DNA of 64,000 bases. Source: Sphagnum compactum. Taxonomy: Eukaryota. A program made the position numbers and the translations under genes. The notes below the pieces were generated by a model. It searched no databases, had not been told where the DNA came from, and saw only the letters and a list, made by a program, of their open reading frames with translations. Positions within the stretch are counted from its first letter, which is position 1. Each line of letters opens with the position of its first letter. The stretch spans positions 25,596,213 to 25,660,212 of the forward strand of contig OZ234493.1 of NCBI GenBank assembly GCA_965153455.1, read 5' to 3'. Positions 18,900 to 32,752 of the stretch are shown piece after piece.

Positions 18900-21450
18900 G
18901 GTTTGAGTTGGATGTAGGGTGTGTTTGTCCCCTCATTACAAAACCATATGTATAAAATACTTAAATTAGAAAGAAAGGCAAAACAAAAGTCTTGCACAAA
19001 AGGGAGGCCAAGGAGGTATTTGTCCATAAACATGAAAAAAATGGAAGCAATTGGGCATGCTATTGTAATCACACAATTGAGATTGAAGGTTGCCAAGATC
19101 ATATAGGAGCAATCAACTCCTTGTAAAAACATGATTCCAGGATGGGGGTGATTCACTAGATAATTCAAGAAGCACAATCTTGATTTGACATTGAAGGTTG
19201 CTCAAGGTTTGGATGTAAGACATGTGAAAGGACTTTACCCATACATTATACACAAACCTAATAGGAGCATGCAACTTGTTACCCATAACAAATTTGGAAC
19301 TATGATGAGTCAAATGTGCAAGTTGGGTGAAATGGCAAGGCAATTATTCTAGCTCAAACAAATTCTAAATTTGTGCATTGATCTTAGTAACTAAACAATA
19401 ATGGGTTATCTATGTTATCCTACATCAATGCAACATGCGATGCCTTTCTTAAATTTTATGCATTAAAGGTAAATAATTTAGAAAAAAATTCAATGCAATT
19501 TTTAAGATGTGAATCCAAGGCTATAATGGTTATGTAGCCCAAATCTTAGATGACATCAATTACTTGACAAATGAATTTTGCACTTTATAATGTGTATTCA
19601 AACCCATGTAGATGACCACAATTCCCATGTTATAGTAAACTTTGTGCACAAGCAAAGGGGGTGGGTTGGTTTTGATTCATCACAAATTTACAAGTTTCAT
19701 GGGTTTGTTCCAAATTCGCGCAAAATTTGTTATTTCATAGGTTTGTATTGTCTAAACATGAATGTTGTGCATTATTTAAACACAAAAGTGGTGTGCGGAC
19801 TTTCATGTGTAAACAACATGAATAAACATACAACATTCATGTTTAAACAATATAAATAAAATATGACATTTGTGTTTAAACAATGCACATGACATTGATG
19901 TTCAAACAATACAAATAGATGAATGACATCCATGTCTATTCCATGTGAACTTATGAAAAATGGATTTCACATGATAGTTATTGCCAAATCATGACCCATG
20001 AAGTTTGTGATATTATCGTAACATCACACACAAGTCACACATTACAACCTTTAAATATTACATTTAAAGCTTATAAAAAAAATATGGACATTGGCTAACA
20101 AAGGGAAAGGTGTTAGGAAGGAAAACTTGGCAAGGGGGTGGGGTTGGATTTGATTACCTTGCCATCACACACAAATAACACAATACGACCTCTAGATGTT
20201 GCATGTTATAAAACATTTCAAAATTGCATTTAGAGTTTATAAAGATTCATAGTCATTGGATAACAATATGTCATGCATTACCATATTGACACTTACACCT
20301 ACTATCACTATCCACACACCACATGCACAAAATAACATAAAAACACCCTAACTAGCACATCACATTTAAACAATTGTGTTTTGATGATTACTACAACTTG
20401 GGAATATATTCCAAACATTAAATAGTTCAAATCTCATTCACACATGAATTAATTTCAAGCTAAAACACAATTGATTGTAGTAACCCAACTTATCACATGA
20501 TTTAAGTAGGCAACTAAATTAACACTTTTGACGAAACAAAAATACCTTGAAAATGAAAAGTTGGCATAGTGGGTGTTTTAAGCTTTCCAAAAAACATTGA
20601 ATTAATTGAACATTTGCAAGGGTTTCAAGACCACTAAAATCTAACCCATTAATCCAAATGTGATGCAACTCAAAATCCAACCTACTAGTGAACAATTTGT
20701 GAAAAATGGTGGATTTATGGGCTGAAGAAGTATTAGGTGAAAACATCTTTATTGTTCAAAGCAATGTTTGCCACTACTATGTTGACATCGACATGTAATG
20801 TGAACAATTATATGATGATGGCATTATGAGCTCAAACAATGAGCTAGCTTCAACAAGCTTGGATGAAGTACACATGAATTCACACACACTAACCTAGGTG
20901 ACCTTGTTTGTCCTTAATATTGGCACATCATGTTTCTTGATTTTGCTTGAGGTCCATTTAGGTCCACCCATTGAGCCTCAATAGAAAAACCTTTGATAAA
21001 CTATTTGAAAAAATCATGATGACAAGTGATCATTATTTAAAAGCTCTTGAACAAAAAATGGGACACAACAAAATAAATTACAAGGGAGAGAAAACTTGAA
21101 AGAAGATATGATTATGTTGAAAGAGATGCAAGATGTTGAGAAGATCGAAAAAAAATGCTTGGAACACAAAAGGGCAAAAGAGAAGGCACTACAAAAATTC
21201 AATGAAATTTGTGGTTTCCCAAATGTTGTATTGAACAATATAATGCACATGCAACAATCAAAACTAATGCACTTCTTTAGGTGAATGTATATCAAGCTCC
21301 AATATGCAAAGTTACACCTGAGATTTGCAAATATGCACCAAACAATTAAAAAGCGAAAGGAGCAAAAAAAAGGGCAAGATGTTCCACACATAGCTTTGAT
21401 TGAACCAAGTGGGTTCATAAGGGTTTTGGCATTCAACATTCATAAAATGT
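18900..21450. mobile_element. Very decayed AT-rich transposon-like debris, possibly Mutator/SWIM type
   Basis: CpG-depleted, AT-rich sequence with short broken coding-like fragments, e.g. minus-strand NLQCQIKIVLLELS reminiscent of a SWIM-adjacent CKH motif. The family assignment is weak. Confidence 0.3.
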
Positions 21451-24230
21451 AGCAATGGTTGGGAGAACCAAAATGTAAACTAGGTTCCAAAGTTGTTCAT
21501 TTTTCTTTGTTTTCTTTTACTCTTGTTGCTCAAATTTTATGATGGAAGAAATGTGATGGATTGAGGACATTGTTAAGAGCACGTGAGCTCTCCCATTTTT
21601 GACCAATTCTAGAGTTGGCATGGTTGATTTTGTGAATCCTCATAAGGTGGTTGCTAGGAAGAGTGCATTTTCAGCCCTTCCAAGTGCACAAAATGGAGGT
21701 AAATTGGAAGGTGCGGTTTCAAAAAAAGAAGGAAAACAAAACAAACGAAAAAAAAACCCATGAAGAAAAGAAAAAGAAAAGACCCAACATTAACCTAATC
21801 CTCTCATACGTCAATCACACATTTTTTATATTGGACCCTCGAATTGGACCGCACACCTTTAAACACACTCATTGTACATTAAGAAAGAAAAAATGTTTTT
21901 TAAAAATGTGAAGAAGGGTTCAATTCGAGGTTCAATTTGCTTCAAATTGGTCCCAGGGATTTTGGTCCTTGGACCCTTGTCTAAAGTGGCTTTAAGCCTA
22001 CAATGAAATGTTGTATGGATGGGACCTCAAATTCTAACCCTCTTGGGTTTTTCATTCACATCTAGTCATTTAAGATACTAATGTATTAACATGCTTGCAA
22101 GTTGGGTGAATATTTTTCAACAACCCAAAAAGAAAGGAGAGAAACAATAGTGAGAGTCATGTCATGAGGTTTTTTTTCCACCATTTTTTGAAATAAAAAC
22201 TAAAAATTCTACAATCCATAAAATATAGTGACCATTTAAAGGTTAAATTTTCCACAAAAAAAAATAATAATTCAAAAGGTTTTAATTATTCCATACAACT
22301 AGATTGACTTTAAAACTGAAAAAAAAATGGGGAGAAAACTATTAAATTGGAGGTGAGAATATGGTATTGGAAAAAAAAGGAAATCCAAGCAAAAATTACA
22401 AAGTTAAAAAAACTAGTTATGATCATCTTAAAAATTACTTTAAATTAATAATGCATGATGCACACAAGGGTGGAAATGCTTAAGGAAATGCTTAGGGGGA
22501 CTTGACTTGAACTTGGCTTGAATGGGTTTCTAAGTGCTTTTTCCTTATTATTATTATGTATTCCCAACCCTATGAATGGACGCACTATAATTGGTTGATG
22601 TCTATAAATGAAGACAATCAAGTGGTGACAAGAGGATCTTTTTATTTGGATATTGGCACTAAACTTTTGGGGGGTGGAAAAGGATCATAGCACCATGTGG
22701 ATATAACTTTTTTAGGGTTTTGAATGATGAGGAAACAACACTTGTCCAATATGGAGGAGGGTGTGTAGAAAAGAAGGGAAAATTTAGTATGTTTGCAAAA
22801 TGTTTATCATACATTGGTAGTGTGAAATTTTGTGTGTGTGTGTGTTGTGGGGGGATTTGGAAGCTACTTATGTAAAAGAGTTCACATCTTTCAATTTTAA
22901 TTAATTAATTAATTTAGTTCACATTTTTCAATTTTTAATTAATTAATTAATTAATTAGTTTCACATCCTTCATGACACCTTATCCCTAGGGTAAAAAGTG
23001 TAGCCCATAGCTGAGAGTTTTGTGGATGAATTTGTTCCAAAAACCCAAAATGAAAGTCCATCACTTGGATGAACCACAACTGAGTTTCCCCCCAGATGGG
23101 TAACCTCTCTATCTATCTTGTTAACATTCCTACTCTTGTCTAACCCTACCTAGGTAACTAACTAACTACACATGGGTGTAAGTAAGTAAGTGGGTAGGTA
23201 TCATAGGGAAGTAGGTACTAGGGAATGTAAGTAAGTAAGTAAGTAAAGTTAGGTAAGGCAAATTACTAGCTACTAGTAGGCAGCTAGTACAAAAACCCAT
23301 CCATATTAGGATGATACTTTTGGATGAATCATCCACAACTACCATACATGGTCATTAATGGGTTTCAAATGGATGGTGCACTTTGGGGGGCTGGTGGTCA
23401 TGTGTTTGTTTGGGTCACATAATCCACGTGGCAGGCCAAACGGGTCTCCACGTAATCACAATTACAACCACCGCTTGAAATGTGAACGGGAACCCCCTCC
23501 CCAAAAGAGCTTCCACGACATGAACTGGATAAGCCAGGTTTTTTTTTTTTTTTTTTTTTCTTTTTCGGGCCTTTTCTTCGGAACTGAATAAAAAGGTAAG
23601 TCCCTACGAATAGAATAAACAGGTGTGTAATAGAGAGAATGGATAAGACAAGACGGTTAGTCGGTTTTCCGAGTGAAGTTTCTTAGATTTTTTTTGCCCG
23701 ACCCCCTTTTGATGAGTCACGTTCGAAACCGACTTGCTCGATTGAAAAGGGTCATTTGGGCTTTGTTTCCTTCTTTCTTAATAACACACACAAACCACCG
23801 TTGAAGATTTTTTATTTTTTTTTCTAAAATTTTTTTTTGGGTCAATAATCGTTTTTGAACGATGGGTTGTACGGAGGAATGAACTTCTTCGGACATAAAT
23901 TTGCAAAAGATATTCACACCCCATATACCCTACCCACTTCTTGTTCAATGTCAAATTGCACCCCCCCCCCCCACCCACCCACCCACCCACCTTAAAAAGA
24001 AGAAAATGATTTTACAAAAAAAAAAACCAAATATAAAAGATTGAGGTACAAAGAAATGAATGGCAACCCAAAAGAACGAAAAAAAGAGACAAAAGTTTGA
24101 AAAACAAGAGAGAAAAAATGACAACACCCCAAAAAAAAATTTCCTAGGATCCCAACAAGTTAGTTGTTTGAGGGAAACCCTAGAAAATTATGAGAAAATC
24201 ATAATGAATAACAATAAAAGAGGTAGGAAG

Positions 24231-24465
24231 CAGTTTTTTTTTTTTTTTTTTTTTTGGTTTGTTTTGGGGGGGGTTTGGAGAGCCAAATTTCGCTTCTTTC
24301 AACCCCAAAAAAAAAAATCTGGGAATTTTTTTTTGGATAAATGCCTTTCTCTAGTGTAATTTTGACCAATTTTGCTATTTTGAGGCAAAAATTTGTCAAA
24401 ATTTTGACATCACAAATATGAAGGGAAAAAAAAAAAGTAAAAAAAAAGGAGAAAAAAAACCTATG
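24231..24465. mobile_element. Short non-autonomous element (MITE-like) with 8-bp target-site duplication
   Basis: The direct repeat GTAGGAAG at 24223-24230 and 24466-24473 flanks a sequence starting CAG(T)n and ending (A)nCCTATG. Similar internal motifs (acatcacaaa) recur near 31390 and 55470. Confidence 0.65.
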
Positions 24466-24834
24466 GTAGGAAGAGTATGCAACCCAACCCACCTTCGAGG
24501 GACTTATGCTCCCAAGGGATATTCCTACCCACAATAGCATTGAATAAAATAATTTTGGTGCATAATTCAACTTTCAAAGATGGTTGCACATAAGTTAAAC
24601 TCTCTAAGCAAAAAACACATGTAGTTAGGGTACCTTTCACATTGGCCACACATTATTTGTGTTGTGACCTAAATTTGGACATTATTGTTACATCATGTAT
24701 TGTGTGTTGGGTAAGTTAGGTCATGGATGGCCTCCTCAATTAGGATTTGGCTTGTGAGAGGCTTGATGGGCACAAACACCCTTTACAATTTGGGTGGTTG
24801 TAAGTTGTACTAGTATCTCACTTTGGTTGGAACA

Positions 24835-25202
24835 TACATACCAGCCAAATGGTCCTCATGATCTCAAGGGTTGCCCTTTTCCCCCTGGTAGGCAGGGTTT
24901 AGGGTTTAGGGTTTTTTCCTGGGGGTAGGTAGGGTTTAGGGTTTTTTCCTGAGGTAGGTAGGGTTTTTAGGGTTTGGGTACTGGTATTGATTTCTTAAAA
25001 ACAAAACCCTACATACCAGCCAAATGGTCCTCATGATATCAAGGGTTGCCCTTTTCCCCCTGGTAGGTAGGGTTTAGGGTTTAGGGTTTTTTCCTGGGGG
25101 TAGGCAGGGTTTAGGGTTTAGGGTTTTTTCCTGGGGCTAGGTAGGGTTTTTAGGGTTTGGGTACTGGTATTGATTTCTTAAAAACAAAACCCTACATACC
25201 AG
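24835..25202. repeat. Two-copy ~175/183-bp tandem duplication rich in plant telomere-type TTTAGGG units
   Basis: Units start TACATACCAG at 24835, 25010 and (partial) 25193. Each full unit contains GGGTTTAGGGTTTAGGG runs. Confidence 0.9.
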
Positions 25203-25340
25203 TCTGGTGATATGTACTGGGTATTTTACATACACCCAAGGTTAATTAACCCAAGGTTGAGTTTTAGGGTTGATGATAATTGGTATTGTTGTTATGACAG
25301 GTAGAAACTATAAACCAATGTTGGGTGGGTACTTGGTCCA

Positions 25341-25410
25341 GTTTGGTTTGGTTTGGTTTGGTCTGGTTTGGTTTGGTTTGGTTTGGTTTGGTTTGGTCTG
25401 GTTTGGTTTG
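25341..25410. repeat. (GGTTT)n microsatellite inside a MITE-like element
   Basis: About 13-14 near-perfect GGTTT/GGTCT pentamers are seen directly. Confidence 0.9.
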
Positions 25411-26849
25411 GCAGGTTATAACCATCAGTTTTGGTTCTGGTTAGTAAAAACCCAAACTGGAACTGGGGTCCCAATTTTTTTTAAAGAAAAAGAAAAGGAC
25501 TAGAACTGGGGACTAACCCATAGTTAACTGCTGGTTTTGATCCAACTTATGTGGAACTGGACCAGAACTGGGTCTGATTTTTAGAACTGATACCTGAACT
25601 AAAATTGGGATTTTTTTTTAATTAAAAATTTTAATTTAATTTAATATTTTTTTGAAGAACTAGACCTAGAACTGAAATCACTCTAGTTTACATTTAAAAA
25701 ACCAAAACCAGAGGTGCTTTTGTAAAAGTCAAGAATCACCCACCATCAATATAAATCAATGTGCTAGATAATCACATTTTAAGGTTCATTCAACGATACC
25801 AATAAAGCATATTTTGAAAAATAAATAGTAGATAAATATTCTTTGAAATTTTTTTAGCAATTTATTTTTCATTTTCGATATGGATTCAAGTTCAATTTTT
25901 TTTCTTCCTTTCAATAGATATGAATCTAACATCTTTTGAATCCAAACTAACTAAAGATACATACAAAGATTATTATGCATATTCAAAATCTAGTTGATCA
26001 TAATTTTCTTCCCATCATACAAGCACACACGTTTCAATTGAAGTAACTTGAATGAAACAGAACCCTAATGCTTCAAAAAGCTTTGCCCAAAGCAATGCAA
26101 ATTGCCTATTCCAACCTCACCCCAAAACCCACCCTGCTTAGCCTACACAAAAACCTCGCCTTTGCAATATCCTACTAATCCCTATTATGAATCAAGTCTT
26201 TCCAAGCATCTTGAGAAAACTTGTTGTATCTGAACTTTTGACATATTTGATCAAGGTTTTTCACTTGTAAGTGGCATTGTTGCAAAGTTGTTAGTACCCC
26301 AACAAGACCAAACATCTTTTTTGTTTCTATTTGTGACCTTGCTAAACTTATGTTTAGCCATAAATGTCACATTTGGAAACTCAAGTGCCCATGGAAAGTT
26401 TTCAAAGGCTACTCCAATTGCAAACATATTATTGTTATTTTTCAAGTTCATCACTAGATTTAGCAAATATGCATGCATCAATAATAGGGTTTTGGCTATC
26501 AAAGCATGTCATGAGAAGGGGAATGATAACTTTCAAAATCTGGTAAGAAGCGAAACAAATTACATCTTTGTAGTCTACATACTTATACACACCTTGTAAT
26601 GATTTGAATCAAGGATTTAGCATTATGACAAACATGTTATGAATTTCGTCCAAATAAAAAACTTAAAAAAAGTAAAGAAAATGTTTTAGACTTTCACAAC
26701 TTCTTGTTGAATATTTTTTTGGAAGCAAAGGAGTTCAAAATCAAATTGGTCCAAAGTTTTAGTCCCATTCAATGCTTGCACCATCTTAACAAACAACTTC
26801 ATTATTAGGGTAATGGCAGTGGTTAAAACATTAGATAGTGAGTTAGGAA

Positions 26850-28050
26850 CTTGATAATGTGAAGTGATAGTCTTTTACCTTCGACAACACGTGGTGATGG
26901 TTTACTCGAGTTCCATTTGATTCTTCAAATATAATGTCTTTGGATTAACAAGGGTCTTTAGTTTTCAATGTTGCATCCCACTATCAATGCCTTCTTTCAT
27001 TCTTGTCTTTCTTTCTTCAATTTCTTTTTCGAATATGTAATCATTTTATGTAGAAAAATTTGTACATTGTTCACACACATTTACATCAAACTTACATAAA
27101 CTTTATTGGTGTTTGTAGCATATTGGCATGTTTCATATATTATATGATTAAAACACATACCTTCATGAACCTTAAAAAGTCTCAAAGGTTCACAATTAAT
27201 GATGGGGCATAATGTTGACAACATGGCTGTCAAGTTGTTGCCTCCATCTTTCACAAATACAATCATATGATGCATCAACCCAAACTTTGAAAGCAATAAT
27301 TTAAGTTGCACATACATACTTTGCCCAATTGTCTCGTCCTTTTGAATACACCCACAGTAATATGCATAAAGGTCTAAGATTCACTCAAGAAGTTTATCAC
27401 CAAGTCCAATGTACCCACACGACCTTTGGACATCCAAAGATCAAAGCTTGTGGAAATAATAGTTGCATATGCAAGGTTTGAAAGTGTATGCAAGTCCAAA
27501 TTTTTTTCATCATTGTATGAAACACTTCATCAACGAGAATAGTTTGAAAAGGAAAGGAAATTTGAGGACATTGGTGTAACAATGACCTTCAAGTAGCTAG
27601 ATGTTCTTGGTAGTGAAAAGTGCCCTAGGTAGGCCTTGAAGATGTAAAACACAAGATCCTTGAACAACATCTCTTGTCCTTCATCATTTTTTGGGTAAGA
27701 GTTTGTGTTCCAAAATATAAAATGATTGCAAAATCAAGCGGCCCCACCCCTTTTTCCCTTAGTTGTCATAAATGGTTTACATTGGCCACTTTTTCAATTG
27801 CCATTTCTATAAGTTGCAACTTTCTTTGTGCAAACAATCACAATGTGTTTTCATAAGAGTAATATTGGTAGTTTTGTTACACCTAATAAGCCTTTTATTT
27901 GAAACAAATCTTTGGGATAATACAAACATTTATGCATATGTTTGTTTATAGATTGGGACAAAGATGTTTGTTCCAATCTATAAATAGTACATTGCAACAT
28001 TTGTGGGTTGACAAGATTTACAAATAAATCATCATTCATAGAGAAAAAAA
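26850..28050 (-). mobile_element. Decayed hAT-superfamily transposase remnant
   Basis: Minus-strand fragments SFDLWMSKG (first catalytic D region, ~27425-27450), VINFLSES*TFMHITVGVF and QLKLLLSKFGLMHHMIVFVKDGGNNL (second D, cf. hAT xxDNxxN), broken by stops and frameshifts. Confidence 0.7.
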
Positions 28051-29691
28051 TTCTCTAATGGATTAAATTCAAGCTTAATTGTATAGTTTCCAAGTTGATA
28101 CCCTCAAATTCAAATGAGTTGCCAAGTTTAAAACACAAGTTCTTCAGATCCAAAATGACGTCCACAAGGTTTGTGGTCAAATTTTCAAATATAAATGGTC
28201 CATCAATACCACCAATGTTTTTAACAATGAATGTTTTGTTTTATGTAACATTGTGCACAGTTCAAACAATTATACTTCAAAAAATTTACAAAACTTTTAA
28301 ACTTCAAACCTTGAACCTTTTTTGAAACTATTAGACCTCAACCTTTTTCAAACCTTTCAAACCTTAACTCTCTCTTGAAGCTCTTAAACCTTAGACCTCT
28401 TGATTTTAAATTACCTCAACTTCTTTTAAAGGTCTCAAATTTTGACCTCTTTTGAATCTTTCAAACCTTAAACCATTACAACAAAATGTGTCCTTGTACA
28501 CCAAGTGATTGTGAATGAATTCACTTGTCGCAATGAACAGGACCTAATGGGGAAGTAATGAATTCATTAGTTTAGTGAATGAGGACTAATGAATTGCACC
28601 CACATTTTGTAATAATGACCTTTTTGAAACTTTTAGACCTTGGGCCACTCTTGAGTTCTTTAGTTTATACCTATTTCAAACATTGATCCTTTTTTTTAAC
28701 TTTTAAACTTTCTTCAAACTTCTTTAAACTTCATATAAACCTTGAACTTTGCACAAAGCCTTTGAATTTTAGACCTCGAACCTTTCACAAAATTTGAACC
28801 TCGATTTCATTCACACAAGAAATGAAAAAAATTGCTTACCTTATCACACATGGAATGTGCCATTTAAAAATGTTTGGTGTTTGTTTGCTTGGGTGTTTGA
28901 GGGTGCCAAAACTTTTTAGGGGAAGTGTAATGCAATAAACTTGTCATAGTTTGGAAGGGAGAAACCTTAAAAACCATAAACCTTTTTCCTAGCTTATTAA
29001 AAAATAAATCCTAAAACCTTAACCTTAATAGTTTATAAGGGAAGAACTTGAGAACCTTAAACCCTAAGTTGGATATGCATATAAGATCATCATGCATGTT
29101 GACAATTGACATCCATCCATATAACTAGCCAACATTAACATAAACTTAATATTGGTATAAGGCACATAAATTTTTTTTTTTTTGATATTATTTTAGATCC
29201 CATACTAGATTTGTATTAATATAAACTTGGTATTTCTTTAGGTCATACCTAATTGGTCTGTTTTTCAAAATATACGTAGGTTGCATCCTATGAACTAGTA
29301 CAACACTAATTATAAATGTTTTGTCAAGTAAGGATTGTTAGATTCAATTTTAATTAAGATTAATTGAATTGAAAAAGGTTTGATTTTAAAAATTGAATTG
29401 ATTTTTAAAAAACCAAGGTTCTTAATTTTATTTATATGTGGAATTGAAACTGAAATTGCAATCCAAATTTTTGAAAAAAAAAGGCTAGAATTAGGGTTAA
29501 TTGTGAATTAACCACTAATTATAATCTAGGTGAATAAGTAATTAAATTTTTGCACCCATAGCCAAAATCATATTCCATTCCATTTATGTATGGAATTAGA
29601 ACAAAAACATTTTTATCATTTTTGGGAACTAGAATTAAAGGTCTTCTTTTGTAAAAATAAAAAATCACTCTAGAACAACAATGGTTATAAC

Positions 29692-30408
29692 CAATGTTAG
29701 GTGAATATCACCTTTTTGTGATATCCATTGGATAAAGATAGTGAGCTAAGATTTATTTTTGAATATTGAATATCAAAATTTATTTCATTTTAAAACTAAG
29801 ATATTTGGGTTGAATATCATATTTTGAGATTTTTGATTCAATATGTTGTATATCATTATATACCTATATATCAATGTGTTGTATATCAATCATTATTTAT
29901 TAGTTGAATATCATTACCGAATATCATATATTCCAATTGCACATATTTTATGAACAAGTGTCATTTAAATTAAAACAACCAAAAAATTGAAAAATAAATA
30001 AAATAATAAAATGAAAATGATAATATATAATATAGAGAGTTGTTTACATGTCTTTAATTTCATTTCTATCAAAACAAATCTCATCTCAATATTTTATATT
30101 GTCTCCTTCCTTTTTTAGTCGTCAGGTTTAAGATTTAAGGTTGCAACGATTGCAACTACAGGTAGCCGCAACCTTATTAACTTAAACTAAGTTAAAACCT
30201 AACCTAATCCCTAATCTAAACTAACACCTAAACCTTAAAACTTAAATCGAACTTAACTTGATATCCATATTTGAACTAAATTTGATATTTGATTCAATCA
30301 CAAACTTGATATTCAAAATGATTTTTAAATATCAAAGATTTGAATATCACATAAGCTTGGATATCACAAGTTGATTTCCAAATTTTTCATATATTTGCCC
30401 AACGTTGG
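29692..30408. mobile_element. hAT-type MITE with imperfect TIRs and 8-bp TSD
   Basis: Left end GTTATAAC|CAATGTTAGGTGAATAT, right end ATATTTGCCCAACGTTG|GTTGTAAC. The interior carries many GAATATCA/TGATATTC sub-repeats. Confidence 0.7.
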
Positions 30409-32752
30409 TTGTAACCTCTCTTACCACCAACATGGATTTTTTTGTCTTCCCCCTTTGTGCAAGTTTTGTTTAGTGGCTCTCTTTTAAAGATTGAACAACT
30501 TGTCCACGGACTAAATGTAGGATGCGGGGAAGTTGATTTTGGAAGTACAACTAAATTGACCATCTTGTTTTATTCCTATCATGCTAATGGTACTAACTTT
30601 ATGGTTCCGTGGCTTGGGTTACCAACTCTCAATCTTTGCTTCTCTTGAACAATAAGTGATGTCAATTGAAACACCATCAAACTCTGAGATGGACAAAGTC
30701 CCAAACAAGATAGTAACGTCTTTTCAACATGCACAATAACAAAACATGATTAATTGCATTGCATTGCATTGCGTGGTTCCATTCCATTAAGTTGTCATTT
30801 CAAGAAAAATGAGAAGATGATATTTTGCATGACCACAAACAACACATGCGTATTCTATGATACACACACAATTCACATCTAAATACATGCAACACACAAT
30901 CAACAACACACAATCAAACAAAACAAAACTAGTTTCATTTCAAACATGTTTCTATGAACAAGCTTTCAATCTCATTGCTCCAACAACTACGTTAACATGA
31001 CATTGTTAGGGTAAAACTCTTATACAAATTCGCTACTTGAAAATTAACCAACCTAGCAAACCGACTTCATGTTCCAATTACATATGGTGAAAGAAAGAAA
31101 GTAAGAAAGAAAAAGAAATCCTTGTCTAACAAGTGGATCATTGAAAAAAAAATTCGTGGTGGGTTTTTCCCATTTTGCAAAAAGTATTTTGGAAAAATAA
31201 AAATCTGTGAAAAAATATTTGTTTTTTGAAAAGAATTCGCCATAAAAAGAAATAAATAAAAAATGACCAAAATTCATCCCAACTTCCTCACAACATGAGA
31301 GAGTGCTTCAGGTTTTTCCACTTTTATATTTTGAATATTGCCATTTTTTGGGCTAAATATTCTTATTGATGATTGCCCACTTCACAACATCACAAAATTG
31401 GGGGAGTTTTTTAATTGATTTTTAAACACTAGGGAGAGTCAAGGAAATTTTTTATTTTTGTAAAATACGAAGCTACTTTACTAAATTGAATTACTTTAAA
31501 TTTAGGGATTTTTTGAAAATAAATTAATAAAATAAATTCTATTTCTAAACCCCTTTTTAAAATTAATTTAAATCATGTAGGCTATCTATCCACTAGAAAC
31601 CTTCGGACCGTCTCCGACGACCACGCGGCGCTTCTTATTTCCGTCCGATCCAATCATCACCACCTCTTGACCGTCGGATGAAGAAGCCAAGGCCTGGAGC
31701 CACGAACTCCCTAAAGCACTCGCTCCCCGCAATGCACTCTCTTCTCTTGTGTGTTCCGCGCGACCGCTATTTGTCGCGACGACGGTGAAGCTCGCGTTGC
31801 TTGCAAGTACTCCGATTTTCTTCTGTTTGTCAAAATCGTGGACGTCTTCAATCGGTATCGAAGCTTGGAAGAAGGTAAAGCATTCTTCTATTTTTTCTGG
31901 TTGACGCTTTCTTACCTAGACGTTTTTTTTTCTTTGGCCCTTTTGGAGAGAGGACTTGACGTGCTTGGATTGTGAGAGCCTGTGTTTTGTGTAGGCAAGG
32001 AGAGTCTTGTGTAAGATCTACAGGTTTCGGATCCTTGAAATTTCTTTAGACTGCTCTCTGATTTTCTAGAAGTAAATGTGAGTTCAATAGTAGTGCGTCG
32101 TTTTGAAGCTTTGTTTTGTTTTGTTGTGTTTTGTTTTCTTTTGTTTTTGTTTTGTGTTTTGTTTTATTTTCTTCAAATTTTAGCTCGCGTATTTTTTTCG
32201 CTCTCGGAAGCTTTTTCTATGAGCGTATCTCTCTTGATTGTATTTTTTTTCCTGTGATAGTAGAAGTTGGAATCGAGTTATTATTTGTCATACTGAAATG
32301 GAATTGATGCTTTACGATGTATGTTTGTGGACTTAACTTGCTGGGAATGTGCGAGACTGTGTTTTTTGTGTAAGCAAGGAGAGTCTTGAGGAGATCTGCT
32401 TGTTTCGGATACTTTGATATTGCAGTGCAGATGAGCATTGTTGTTTTGAAGTTTTCTTTTTGCATTTTGAAGTCCTTATTTCCGCTTCTGGAAAGCTTTT
32501 CTGTGAGCTGCTGCTCTTTGATCGATGGTCTTCACGTGTGATACTGAATGGAATTGGTGCTCACAGGGCACAGTTTTACTAGGAGTGGAACGACGGCTCA
32601 AGAAATTCCGCGAGCAGCAATTTGTGGCGCAGCTACTTGCTTCCGGTTAGGTCGGTGAGGGTGCGCAGTGGATCAGAAGATTGTGTTTTAAAATCGATAG
32701 AGAGGAGAGGAGAGGAGAGGAGAGGAGAGAGAGGAGCCTCAGCAGCAGCAAA

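Noticed and set aside
23655..23740. Hammerhead-like TGATGAG...CGAAAC with complementary AGTCGGTTT
   Set aside because: C3 is missing (TTGATGA), stem II has only about one pair and there is no stem I.
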